64,000 nt of DNA, from the NCBI GenBank assembly GCA_035448805.1, contig DAOTJR010000004.1, positions 35,848 through 99,847 of the forward strand, in the 5' to 3' direction. Source of the stretch: Syntrophales bacterium (GTDB lineage Bacteria; Desulfobacterota; Syntrophia; Syntrophales; UBA8958). Position numbers and translations under genes: made by a program. This document shows, piece by piece, positions 21,491 to 31,121 of this stretch. Position 1 is the stretch's first letter; each line of letters opens with the position of its first letter. The notes beneath the pieces are model-generated. The model ran no database searches, was not told the DNA's origin, and was given only the letters and a program-made list of their open reading frames with translations.

Positions 21491-22681
21491 GTGGAAAAAC
21501 GGGAAGGTAACAATACCGCCAGGGTGCAGGGGGAAGCTCCGAAGCTGGCATACGGCGCCCTGATCAAAACGGGGATGCTGATGGGGGTACGGAAGGGCTG
21601 GAGCGGCTTCATCTGGATGATGAAGATCGTCCTGCCCGTCTCCCTGTTGACGGCGCTTCTGGAGTGGAGCGGCTGGCTCCGGCAGCTCGATTTCCTCCTC
21701 ACGCCGGCCATGGGCCTCCTGCACCTCCCGGCGGCGGCCGCCCTGCCTCTGCTCATCGGGATGCTGGCCAATATCTACGGCGGGATCGCCGCCATGGTCG
21801 TCCTGCCCTTGACGGAAGGTCAGATGACCCTCATCGGCGTCTTTCTCCTCATGGCCCACAACCTCATCCAGGAGGGGATCATTCAGGGCCAGTCGGGGAT
21901 TCACCCCCTGAAGGCCACGCTGTTCCGCATCGTCACCGCCGCTGTCACCGTCATGATTATCGGCCCCTGGGTGGTCGGCGCCCCCCCCGGGGCGCCGGCG
22001 GCCGGCAACGCCTCCGTGGCCGCCGCCCCCGCTGCCGCCCCGCCGGCGGCGACCGGCAAGGCGGTGCCGCCGCCGTCCGTCCGCGACGGACAGAAAAAGG
22101 CGCTCGCTGCCGACCGTATCGCCCTCAACCATTCCCCGGGCGACGGAGTTCCGGCCGCCCCGGGGACAAGCGCCGGTGCCGCCGAGACCGCTCCCTCCCC
22201 GGGGGCGGCACTTGGGATGACCGCCGCGAGCCCGCCCGTCGCCTTGCCGGACATGCTGGGGCAGTGGCTCGCAACGACGCTCCTGCTCTGCAGCAAGATC
22301 TTTCTCATCATCATGGGGATCATGACGCTCCTGGAAACGATGAAGTTTCTCGACTGGATCAAGTATATCGTCCGCATCTTTTCCCCGCTCCTCCGGGTGA
22401 TGGGGCTGGACGCCCAGATGGGGCTCCTGTGGATGACGGCCATCGTCTTCGGCCTGGCTTACGGCGGGGCGGTGATCGTCGAGGAGGCCAAGGCGGAACA
22501 CCTTTCGAAAAATGAGTTGGAAATCCTGCATCTTTCCATCGGCATCAACCATTCCATGGTGGAGGACCCGCCGCTGTTCATCTCCCTGGGGCTGAGCCCC
22601 GCCTGGCTTTACCTTCCCCGTCTGGTCGTCGCGGTGGTCACGGTGCACCTTATCCGGCTGTGGCGGCGGGCCCGGCACTGA
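21491..22681 (+). CDS. Membrane protein with two nucleoside-recognition (FeoB Gate-type) domains split by an Ala/Pro-rich linker; start uncertain
   Basis: Hydrophobic Gate-like halves (IVLPVSLLTALLEWSGWL...LLIGMLANIYGGIAAM and FLIIMGIMTLLETMKFLDWIKYIV...LLWMTAIVFGLAYGG) are separated by ~95 low-complexity residues (21971-22256). GTG 21491 or ATG 21575 could be the start. Confidence 0.6.
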   Translation: MEKREGNNTARVQGEAPKLAYGALIKTGMLMGVRKGWSGFIWMMKIVLPVSLLTALLEWSGWLRQLDFLLTPAMGLLHLPAAAALPLLIGMLANIYGGIAAMVVLPLTEGQMTLIGVFLLMAHNLIQEGIIQGQSGIHPLKATLFRIVTAAVTVMIIGPWVVGAPPGAPAAGNASVAAAPAAAPPAATGKAVPPPSVRDGQKKALAADRIALNHSPGDGVPAAPGTSAGAAETAPSPGAALGMTAASPPVALPDMLGQWLATTLLLCSKIFLIIMGIMTLLETMKFLDWIKYIVRIFSPLLRVMGLDAQMGLLWMTAIVFGLAYGGAVIVEEAKAEHLSKNELEILHLSIGINHSMVEDPPLFISLGLSPAWLYLPRLVVAVVTVHLIRLWRRARH

Positions 22682-22963
22682 GACGCCCATCTTTTCCGAG
22701 GGAGGTGCTGTCCATGATGGTTGCCCCGCAAGCGGTCACCGTTTGCTCATTGATTAATATATGTCGACACCGTAAAAAGTCCCTATGCACCGTCGCCCTT
22801 CATCCTTCATCACGGCGATGTCCACACAAGTGCTCCTCATTCCTCAGGATTTACCCGCCTTGCCTCGGGAGGTTTTTGCTTCGTCGTCTCCGTGACGACA
22901 TTTTGCTGGCTCCTCAATATATTATTTGACAAAATAATACTTTTTGTTCATATCAAATCACCT

Positions 22964-24115
22964 ATGATTATCAAACAGCATCAGTGGAAAAGAACGACCG
23001 GTTGGCATCCGGCCCTCACTGCGGGCGGGCGGCCGGAGGCACAGCTCGTCTTAGTTTTCGGGGCCGCGGGGGTTATTGAAGATGCGCGGCTGCTCGGTGA
23101 GATAAGGGCGTCGTATCCGGAGGCCGTCCTCTGCGGCGCATCCACGGCCGGCGAGATTTGCTGTGCCGAGGTTTGCGACGATACCCTGACGGTTACGGCG
23201 ATTCATTGGGAGCACACCCGTGTACGGGTTGCGGGCGAATGTATCGGGCATGCCGCCGACAGTCTTGCCGTGGGCAGGAGGCTTGCCGAACATCTCGACG
23301 AAAAAGACCTGCGCCATGTGTTTGTCCTTTCCGACGGCCTGCATGTCAACGGCAGCGATCTCGCCCGGGGACTGATGTGCGGCTTGTCATCCCAGGTTTC
23401 CATAACCGGCGGTCTGGCCGGAGACGGTGCGCGCTTCCGGAAAACATCCGTCTTATGGCAGGACGGTTGGCTAAGCGACTGCGTCACCGCGGTCGGCTTC
23501 TACGGCGACCGCTTGCAGGTCGGCTATGGATCGTATGGGGGCTGGGATCCTTTCGGACCGGAACGGCTGGTAACCCGTTCCCGGGGAAACGTCCTTTACG
23601 AAATGGACGGCAAGTCGGCGTTGGAGCTCTACAAGACATATCTGGGAAAACACGCCCGGGAACTGCCGGCCTCGGGCCTGCTCTTTCCTCTCTCCCTTCG
23701 CGCCGGGGACCGCACCGGGCCTTTGGTCCGAACCCTTCTGGCCATCGACGAGCAGGACCAGAGCATGACCTTTGCCGGCGATATCCCGGAAGGGAGTTAC
23801 GCCCGCCTGATGAAGGCCAACTACGACCGTCTGATCGACGGTGCCGTCACCGCGGCCCGTACCGGCCGGGACATCCTCGGTCCCGGGCGGCCGGAACTGG
23901 TGATTCTGATCAGTTGCGTCGGCCGTAAGCTGATCCTTAAACAGCGTGTCGAGGAGGAGGTGGAAGGGGTCCAGGAGGTCCTGGGGCGGGACGCCATCTA
24001 TACGGGCTTCTACTCTTACGGAGAGATCGCCCCGACCGCCGCCGCCGGCCGTTGTGAGCTCCACAACCAGACCATGACCATCACCGTCTTTGCCGAGAAA
24101 GAGACGCATGCATAA
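22964..24115 (+). CDS. FIST-domain signal-transduction protein (FIST_N + FIST_C)
   Basis: ATG 22964 lies after an AT-rich promoter-like region. Blocks: GASTAGEI, ITGGLAGDG and GFYSYGEIAP are FIST hallmarks. It overlaps the downstream kinase start by 8 nt. Confidence 0.8.
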   Translation: MIIKQHQWKRTTGWHPALTAGGRPEAQLVLVFGAAGVIEDARLLGEIRASYPEAVLCGASTAGEICCAEVCDDTLTVTAIHWEHTRVRVAGECIGHAADSLAVGRRLAEHLDEKDLRHVFVLSDGLHVNGSDLARGLMCGLSSQVSITGGLAGDGARFRKTSVLWQDGWLSDCVTAVGFYGDRLQVGYGSYGGWDPFGPERLVTRSRGNVLYEMDGKSALELYKTYLGKHARELPASGLLFPLSLRAGDRTGPLVRTLLAIDEQDQSMTFAGDIPEGSYARLMKANYDRLIDGAVTAARTGRDILGPGRPELVILISCVGRKLILKQRVEEEVEGVQEVLGRDAIYTGFYSYGEIAPTAAAGRCELHNQTMTITVFAEKETHA

Positions 24116-26144
24116 CCTCCTGGTCCGGCAACTGAAAAAGGCGTTCGGACGTGTCGATGGTTTCGAACCGGTTTGGCAGGATTTTCTCCACAGCGTGGAT
24201 GAAGCCTACCGGCAAAGCGACACCGACCGGCAGATGCTCGAGCGGGCCCTGGATTTGAGCTCCGATGAGCTGTTGCAGGCCAACTCGGAGTTGCGGGCCA
24301 TCTTCCAGACGCTTCCCGATGTCTATCTGCGCCTGGCTGCGGACGGCAGGATCCTCGATTTCAAAGGTGGGGCGGAGGAGACCGGTCTGTTCACGATCCC
24401 GAATCCCGTAGGCAGGGTCATTGCCACCGTCATCAACCCCGAACTGAGCGCCGGGTGCGAGGAATTTCTCGCCCGGGTGCTGGTGGGGCGCCAAGCAGGC
24501 GCCCACGAATGCTCACGGCGCACCGACGAAGGGGTTTGCGATTACGAAGTCCGCGGCGTTCCTTTTCTTGCCGATCAGGCGATCGTCGTCGTGCGCGACA
24601 TCACCGCCCGCAAACAGGCGGAGCGGGAACTGCAAAGAGAGGCGCGGGAGAAGGCCGTCATCCTCGACAGCATGTCGGAAATCGTCGTTTACATCGACGG
24701 CCGGTATAATGTCGTCTGGGCCAACAAGGCCATGTACGATGCCTTTTCCTTCTCCCCGTCCGCCTATGTGGGGACGAAGTGCTTCCACATTCACAAGCGC
24801 CGGCAGCCCTGCTCCTTCTGCCCGGCCGTCAAGGCCATGGAGACGGGGCAACCCCAGATTCACGAGCGCCTGTTTTCCTATGGGAAGCACTGGATCCTCC
24901 GGGGGTTTCCGGTCCGGAACGAACAGGGGGAGATCATCGGCGCCGTGGAGATCGTCACGGACGTCACGGAGAGCCGCAACGCCGAAGAAGCCCTGAGACA
25001 ATCCGAGGAGCGCTACCGGCTCCTGGTGGAAAACGCCAGTCTGAGCATCGTCATCGTGCAGGACATGGTGATCAAATACGCCAATCCGCGCACCAGCGAG
25101 GCCATCGGGTACAGCAACGAGGAATTGCTGAACAGCCCCGTTATAAAATTTGTCCACCCCGAAGATTTGCCCATGATTTACGACATCAGCCAGCGGCGGC
25201 TGCGGGGCGAGGCGGTGCCGCCGAGCTATGTCGTCCGCCTGGTCAAGAAAGACGGGGAGGTCATCTGGGCGGAATTTTCCGGGGTTTCCCTGGCATGGCA
25301 GGGAAAGCCGGCAACCATGAGTTTCATCAGGGACGTCACCGATCGGAAGAACCTCGAGGAAAGGCTGCTGCAGATCCGGAACCTCGAGACCATCGGGACC
25401 CTGGCGGGCGGCATCGCCCATGATTTCAACAACCTCCTCATGGGGATCCAGGGATACACCTCCCTGATGCTGCTCCATACACCCCCCGGGCATCCCCACT
25501 ATCAGAAGCTCAAAAGCATCGAAAAGCAGGTGCAAAGCGGGGCCGAACTCACCCGGCAGCTCCTCGGATTCGCCCGGGGTGGAAAATACGAGGTCCAGGC
25601 CACCGATCTCAACGAGTTCATCGCTTCCAATTCCGAGCTTTTTGGGAGGACAAAGAAGGAGATCACGATCCACAGGTCGTTCGCGGTGGATCTCTGGCCC
25701 GTGATGATCGACCGGGGCCAGTTCGAGCAGGTCTTCCTCAACCTCTACGTCAACGCCTGGCAGGCCAGGCCCGGACAGGGTGATCTCTATCTGGAGACGC
25801 AAAACGTCACCATCGGCGAGCGGGAGGTCCGTGCCGATGAAGTTCCGCCGGGGCGTTATGTCCAGGTTTCCGTTAGGGATACGGGGATGGGTATGGATGA
25901 AAAGACCCGCCGGAGGATCTTCGATCCCTTTTTCACGACCAAGGGCATGAAACACGGATCCGGTCTGGGCCTGGCCTCCGCCTACGGCATCATCGCCAAT
26001 CACGGCGGGTTCATCACCGTGGAGAGTGAGCGGGGGAAGGGGGCCACGTTCCGCATTTTACTGCCCGCGGCGGAAAAGGCCCCGCCGGCGTTGAAAGGCG
26101 ACCCGGACGCAGTGATGCCTGACAGCCCGGAAAACCGGTCTTGA
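24108..26144 (+). CDS. Multi-PAS sensor histidine kinase (cytoplasmic)
   Basis: N-terminal coiled coil, PAS/PAC repeats (for example TESRNAEEALRQSEERYRLLVENA), the H-box GIAHDFNNLLMGIQGY, and an ATPase region NLYVNAWQA...DTGMGMD...GSGLGLA. Confidence 0.88.
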   Translation: MHNLLVRQLKKAFGRVDGFEPVWQDFLHSVDEAYRQSDTDRQMLERALDLSSDELLQANSELRAIFQTLPDVYLRLAADGRILDFKGGAEETGLFTIPNPVGRVIATVINPELSAGCEEFLARVLVGRQAGAHECSRRTDEGVCDYEVRGVPFLADQAIVVVRDITARKQAERELQREAREKAVILDSMSEIVVYIDGRYNVVWANKAMYDAFSFSPSAYVGTKCFHIHKRRQPCSFCPAVKAMETGQPQIHERLFSYGKHWILRGFPVRNEQGEIIGAVEIVTDVTESRNAEEALRQSEERYRLLVENASLSIVIVQDMVIKYANPRTSEAIGYSNEELLNSPVIKFVHPEDLPMIYDISQRRLRGEAVPPSYVVRLVKKDGEVIWAEFSGVSLAWQGKPATMSFIRDVTDRKNLEERLLQIRNLETIGTLAGGIAHDFNNLLMGIQGYTSLMLLHTPPGHPHYQKLKSIEKQVQSGAELTRQLLGFARGGKYEVQATDLNEFIASNSELFGRTKKEITIHRSFAVDLWPVMIDRGQFEQVFLNLYVNAWQARPGQGDLYLETQNVTIGEREVRADEVPPGRYVQVSVRDTGMGMDEKTRRRIFDPFFTTKGMKHGSGLGLASAYGIIANHGGFITVESERGKGATFRILLPAAEKAPPALKGDPDAVMPDSPENRS

Positions 26145-26253
26145 TGGGGCAAGGATATATGTGTTACCGGCGGCGGGGAGATGAAACACGGCCGGGGCCA
26201 CCCGGATTTTGGCGGGGGGCGGCCGCCGCCGCGGCGGTGCGGCGCGATTGCCG

Positions 26254-26949
26254 ATGACGGTGCCCCCCTCTCTCCACGTTGAACTTTTGACCCGGCTGCG
26301 CGATGCACGTCTCGTCTGGGACGTCATGGGGCCCATTTACAACCGCCACATCTACACGGCCATCGCCGCACTCTACGAAGACATCGCCGCCGCGCTGAAG
26401 ATGCCGGGCCCGGTAAGCATCCTCGATGTGGGCGCCGGCCGGGGCTATATGTCCCTCCGGCTGGCGGCGGAAAATCCGGAGGCCCGGATCGTGGGCATCG
26501 ATTACTCCCCCCTGCAGGTCCGGGCGGCGGAACGCTACCGCCGTCGGCAAAAGATCACCAACGGTGCGTTCCTCCGGGGCAACGCCATGGACATCAGGTT
26601 TGCCGAGGCGACCTTCGACGCGGCGGTAAGCGTCGGTTCGATCAAGCACTGGCCCGACCCGGACCGGGGACTGAGGGAGATCCGGCGGGTCCTCAAGCCG
26701 GGGGGCTGTCTGGTCGTTTCCGAAACCGATCGGGAGGCGACGGACGACGAGCTAAGGGATTTCATCAACCGTTTCCGGATCTTATATATTCCCGATTTCC
26801 TGCTCTTCTGGGGCTTGCGCCAGGTCGTCTTCGGGCAGAGCTTCTCGGAGGCGGGGCTTGCCGCTGCGGTAAACCGGGCGGGATTTCGCGATCTCGAACG
26901 GCGGCGCACCCGGGGCTGCCCTTACGTGACCGTGAAGGCGTGGAAATAA
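26254..26949 (+). CDS. Class I SAM-dependent methyltransferase
   Basis: Motif I ILDVGAGRGYMSL, an acidic loop in IVGIDYS, and a post-I/II region IKHWPDPDRGLREIRRVLKPGGCLVVSE. ATG 26254 is preferred over the TTG 26209 ORF-track start. Confidence 0.75.
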   Translation: MTVPPSLHVELLTRLRDARLVWDVMGPIYNRHIYTAIAALYEDIAAALKMPGPVSILDVGAGRGYMSLRLAAENPEARIVGIDYSPLQVRAAERYRRRQKITNGAFLRGNAMDIRFAEATFDAAVSVGSIKHWPDPDRGLREIRRVLKPGGCLVVSETDREATDDELRDFINRFRILYIPDFLLFWGLRQVVFGQSFSEAGLAAAVNRAGFRDLERRRTRGCPYVTVKAWK

Positions 26950-27051
26950 AACGGGGACGTTTCTCTTTTTCAGCGCCGCCGATTGCCCCTTGCCGGGGGC
27001 GGCTTCTTTTGTTATATAATCATAAACAATGACACAGGGGAGGTTGGACCC

Positions 27052-28359
27052 ATGATTTACAACGAGGAATTCGAAACGCTGCCCCGGGAGGCCCTGGAGG
27101 CCCTGCAGCGCAAGCGCCTGCAGCAGGTGGTGCAGCGGGTTTATCATACCGTGGGCTTCTACCGGCGCACCTTCGATGCGGCGGGGGTGACGCCGGACGA
27201 CATCCGCACGCTTGCCGATCTGCCGCGCCTTCCCTTCACCACCAAACAGGATCTCCGGGACAACTATCCCTTCGGGCTCTTTGCCGTTCCCCTGAGCAGC
27301 GTCGTGCGCCTCCACGCCTCTTCGGGCACCACGGGACGCTCCACCGTCGTGGGCTACACCCACCGGGACATCGAGACCTGGTCGGAGCTCATGGCGCGGT
27401 GTTTCGTGGCGGCGGGGCTGACCAAAAACGACATCATTCATAATGCTTACGGTTACGGACTGTTCACCGGCGGCCTCGGGGCCCATTACGGGGCGGAAAA
27501 GCTGGGGGCCAGCGTCATCCCCATGTCCGGGGGCAATACGAAGCGGCAGCTCATGATCCTCCAGGATTTCGGTCCCACCGCCATCTGCTGCACCCCTTCC
27601 TATGCCCTGAATCTGGCCGAACAGGGGCGGGCCATGGGGGTGGACATGCGGTCCCTGAAGCTCCGGGTGGGCATCTTCGGCGCCGAACCCTGGAGCGACA
27701 AGATGCGGGACGAGATCGAGAACGTCCTGGATATCACGGCCCTGAATATCTACGGGCTCTCCGAGATCATGGGGCCCGGCGTGGCCATGGAATGTCTGGA
27801 AGGCCGGGAAGGGATGCACGTTTTTGAAGATCACTTCCTCGTGGAGACGATCGACCCCGAGACCGGCGCGGTGCTGCCGCCGGGCGAGCGGGGCGAGCTG
27901 GTCTTCACCACCCTGACCAAGGAGGCCTTTCCCCTGATCCGTTACCGCACCCGGGACATCTCCCGGATCATCACCGCGCCGTGCCGGTGCGGGCGGACCC
28001 ATCACCGGATGGACCGGGTGACGGGGCGTAGCGACGACATGCTCATCATCCGGGGGGTCAATGTCTTCCCCTCCCAGATCGAGGCGGTGCTGGTGGGCAT
28101 CCAGGGTGTCGAACCCCATTACCAGCTCATCGTGGACCGGGAAGGCACCCTGGATACCCTGGAGGTGCAGGTGGAGGTGAGCGAGGCCCTCTTCTCCAAC
28201 GCCGACGAGGTCCGGGTCCTCCAGAAGGTGGAAAGGCGCATCGCCAAGGATTTGAAGGACTTTCTCGGCATCACGGCCAAAATCAAGCTCGTGGAACCCA
28301 AATCGCTCCAGCGGTTCGAAGGCAAGGCCAGCCGGGTCATGGACAAACGACAGATCTGA
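27052..28359 (+). CDS. paaK: Phenylacetate-CoA ligase family adenylate-forming enzyme (PaaK-like)
   Basis: Blocks: [51 protein letters not shown], and [22 protein letters not shown] 27052 follows GGGGAGG. Confidence 0.88.
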   Translation: MIYNEEFETLPREALEALQRKRLQQVVQRVYHTVGFYRRTFDAAGVTPDDIRTLADLPRLPFTTKQDLRDNYPFGLFAVPLSSVVRLHASSGTTGRSTVVGYTHRDIETWSELMARCFVAAGLTKNDIIHNAYGYGLFTGGLGAHYGAEKLGASVIPMSGGNTKRQLMILQDFGPTAICCTPSYALNLAEQGRAMGVDMRSLKLRVGIFGAEPWSDKMRDEIENVLDITALNIYGLSEIMGPGVAMECLEGREGMHVFEDHFLVETIDPETGAVLPPGERGELVFTTLTKEAFPLIRYRTRDISRIITAPCRCGRTHHRMDRVTGRSDDMLIIRGVNVFPSQIEAVLVGIQGVEPHYQLIVDREGTLDTLEVQVEVSEALFSNADEVRVLQKVERRIAKDLKDFLGITAKIKLVEPKSLQRFEGKASRVMDKRQI

Positions 28360-28378
28360 CGACAGGGAGGTCACACCC

Positions 28379-28810
28379 ATGAAAGTTGAACAGGTATCGG
28401 TATTTCTGGAAAACAAGCCGGGATCCCTGGAAGAGGTGACCCGGATCCTCAAGGAGGCCCAGGTGAATATCCGCACCCTGTCCCTGGCGGATACGACGGA
28501 TTTCGGGATCCTCCGCCTGATCGTGAACGATGTGGATAAGACGAGCAGGGCCCTCCGGGAGAAAGGTTTCCGGGTCAGCCGGACCACCGTGGTCGCCGTG
28601 GAGGTCCCCGACCGGCCCGGCGGTCTGCACGGTATCCTGGAGGTACTGAAAAAAGACAACATCATGGTGGAGTATCTCTACGCCTTTGTAGAGAAAAGCG
28701 GGGAAAACGCCGTCATCATCTTCCGGTTCAACGATTCCGACGCCGCCATCGAGATCCTCCGGAGAAACAACTTCAACGTCATCGCGGGCGACAAGCTGTA
28801 CAGCTTCTGA
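28379..28810 (+). CDS. ACT-domain protein (tandem ACT), commonly paired with PaaK-like ligases
   Basis: 143 aa. Blocks: [37 protein letters not shown] and a second repeat [20 protein letters not shown]. It begins 20 nt after paaK. Confidence 0.75.
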   Translation: MKVEQVSVFLENKPGSLEEVTRILKEAQVNIRTLSLADTTDFGILRLIVNDVDKTSRALREKGFRVSRTTVVAVEVPDRPGGLHGILEVLKKDNIMVEYLYAFVEKSGENAVIIFRFNDSDAAIEILRRNNFNVIAGDKLYSF

Positions 28811-28992
28811 TCGCTGCGGCCGGACCGGCGAGAGGAAGACGGAAATATCCGCTCCCGGTGGTCTGGACGCCTTGCCGCCCGAAGATGTACGTCTCTGGGG
28901 GGGGCCGCCCGGGGAGACGAGGGTTGGGATGCCGGGGGGGCGGTTTTGATGAAGATAGCCGAAATTATAGATAATAAAGGAGGATCGCGTCT

Positions 28993-29670
28993 ATGAGAGG
29001 AAAGTCGATACGTTCGGCGGAAGCGCTGGTGGAGGAACAACTGGGGAAGTGGCGTCTGGCCGGGACGGAGAGAAAGAAGGAAAAGACCCCGCCGGGGCCG
29101 GTCATCACCCTTTCCCGGGAATCGGGGTGCGGGGGCACGAAGATCGCCCAGAAGCTGGCCAAGGAACTGGGCTTCGATCTCATGGGGGGGAAGATCATCC
29201 AGATGGTGGCGGAAAGCGTCGAGATGAGCGAGAAGGTCATCTGCTCCCTCGACGAGAAGGAGGTCACCAAACGGGACGACTGGCTCACCTCCCTTTTCGA
29301 AACCCGCCACCTTTGGCCGGATCAGTATCTGCACCACCTCACCAAGGTCATCGGCACCATCGGCCGGCACGGCAGCGCCGTCATCCTGGGCCGGGGGGCC
29401 AACTACATCCTCCCCCAGGAAAACACCTTCCGGGTGCGCATCATCGCCCCCTTCGAGCTGCGGGTCAAGAACGCCACCCGGACCACGGAGGATGAGGCCC
29501 GGCGCTACCTCATCAAGGTGGACGCGGACCGGGAGGCCTTCATCCGGAAGTACTTCAACGCCGACGTCAAGGACCCCGCCCATTACGATCTCGTGATCAA
29601 TATGCGGGTGGTCTCCATCGACGGCGCCGTGCAGGCCGTCATCGCCGCCTTCAACTCCTGGAAACGCTGA
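28993..29670 (+). CDS. Cytidylate-kinase-like family P-loop protein (function unknown)
   Basis: VITLSRESGCGGTKIAQKLAKELGF resembles the Cytidylate_kin2-type P-loop (SREYGSGG-like). 225 aa, 30 nt upstream of the HAMP-GGDDF gene. Confidence 0.7.
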   Translation: MRGKSIRSAEALVEEQLGKWRLAGTERKKEKTPPGPVITLSRESGCGGTKIAQKLAKELGFDLMGGKIIQMVAESVEMSEKVICSLDEKEVTKRDDWLTSLFETRHLWPDQYLHHLTKVIGTIGRHGSAVILGRGANYILPQENTFRVRIIAPFELRVKNATRTTEDEARRYLIKVDADREAFIRKYFNADVKDPAHYDLVINMRVVSIDGAVQAVIAAFNSWKR

Positions 29671-29699
29671 GTTGACCTGCCGGTGATGCGCAGACCGCC

Positions 29700-31121
29700 A
29701 TGATCCTCAATATCCGCCGCAAGCTGCTCCTCAGTTACCTGGTCATGGCATTTCTCACCGTGGTGGCCAGCGCACATGCGGTGTGGCATCTGCGCACCCT
29801 CAACAGTCTGGCCGAGACGGTGGTCCAGCAGGATTCCCGTCTCCTCGACATCGAGAAAAAGATGATGGATACCATCTTGGCCTGGGAAGGGGTGGAGAAA
29901 AAATATCTGATCCTCAGAGACCCCTCCCTGGCGGATATCTTCTGGTCCCGGGGTCGGGATTTTCATACCCAGGCCGAAAAGCTGCAGCAGGAAGCGCCGC
30001 CGGAGCAGGCCCGGGCCGTTGCCGAATTGATCGGCCTGGGCCGGCGGTATGAGGAGATTTTCAAGCAGGAGACGCTGCTGGTGGGGGAGGACCGCAGCGA
30101 AGAGGCCCTGGCCCTTTCGTCCCATGAGGGCCGCCGGGTGGTGGAGAGGATGGGGATTGCCTTACGGGCCCTCCAGCTCCAGTCGGAAAAGAATATCGAT
30201 GCCCGCATGAACGCCATCAATGTCAAGGCCCTGGCGGCGACCAGATTGACCATTTTTTTGGCGGCGGCCAGTCTCCTCATCGGCCTGGCCCTGGCGGCGG
30301 CCATTACCTTCAATATTTCCCGACCGTTGCGCAGGCTCGAGAAGGCGACGGGCGATGTGGCCGAAGGGCGGTTCGACGGGGAGATCGAGATCCGGGGGGA
30401 TGATGAGATCGGCAGCCTCGCCCGGGCCTTCAATGCCATGACCAAGCGCCTGAAGGTCCTGGAGGCCATGCACATCGATGCCAGCCCCCTCACGGGGCTG
30501 CCGGGAAATCTGGCGATCGAGCAGGAGATCGGGCGCCGCCTGGGGCAAAGGCGGCCTTTTTGCCTCTGCCACCTCGATCTGGACAATTTCAAGCCCTTCG
30601 CCGATCATTACGGCTATGCCTGGGGAAGCGAGGTCATCAAGGAGGTGGCGGTAATCCTCACCGAATGCCGGCAGCATCTGGGCGTCGCGGAGGACTTCAT
30701 CGGCCATATCGGGGGTGACGATTTCATCCTCATCACGGAACCGGTGCGGTCGGAGGAGATGTGCCGGTTCATCGTCCAGGCCTTCGATGCGCGGGTCCTG
30801 AGGTTCTACAGCGAGGAGGACCGGCGGCGGGGGTTCATCCGGGCCAAGGACCGTCAGGGCCGGGTGCAGGAATTTCCCCTGATTACGATTACCATCTCCA
30901 TCGTCGGCGATGACGGTTCGCAGTATCAGAACCCTCTGGAAATGGCCAAGATGGCGGCGGAGGTGAAAAACTACGGGAAGACCCTGCCCGGCAGCAATTA
31001 TATCCGCAAAGAGGATATGACGGGCGGAACGGGAAACGTTGTGCCCGCGCCGGGCATGGGGGGTTGTAATGATTCGTTGCGGGATGTATTTTCTGACCAA
31101 GGAAAGACCCCTTCCCGATAA
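29700..31121 (+). CDS. Membrane sensor: two TM segments, a periplasmic helical domain, HAMP, and a GGDEF-like nucleotide cyclase domain with a GGDDF motif
   Basis: TM1 is LLLSYLVMAFLTVVASAHAV and TM2 is LTIFLAAASLLIGLALAAAITF. HAMP region: ISRPLRRLEKATGDVAEGRF...IGSLARAFNAMTKRL. Palm domain: LTGLPGN...CHLDLDNFKPFADHYGYAWGSEVIK...FIGHIGGDDFILI. Confidence 0.8.
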   Translation: MILNIRRKLLLSYLVMAFLTVVASAHAVWHLRTLNSLAETVVQQDSRLLDIEKKMMDTILAWEGVEKKYLILRDPSLADIFWSRGRDFHTQAEKLQQEAPPEQARAVAELIGLGRRYEEIFKQETLLVGEDRSEEALALSSHEGRRVVERMGIALRALQLQSEKNIDARMNAINVKALAATRLTIFLAAASLLIGLALAAAITFNISRPLRRLEKATGDVAEGRFDGEIEIRGDDEIGSLARAFNAMTKRLKVLEAMHIDASPLTGLPGNLAIEQEIGRRLGQRRPFCLCHLDLDNFKPFADHYGYAWGSEVIKEVAVILTECRQHLGVAEDFIGHIGGDDFILITEPVRSEEMCRFIVQAFDARVLRFYSEEDRRRGFIRAKDRQGRVQEFPLITITISIVGDDGSQYQNPLEMAKMAAEVKNYGKTLPGSNYIRKEDMTGGTGNVVPAPGMGGCNDSLRDVFSDQGKTPSR

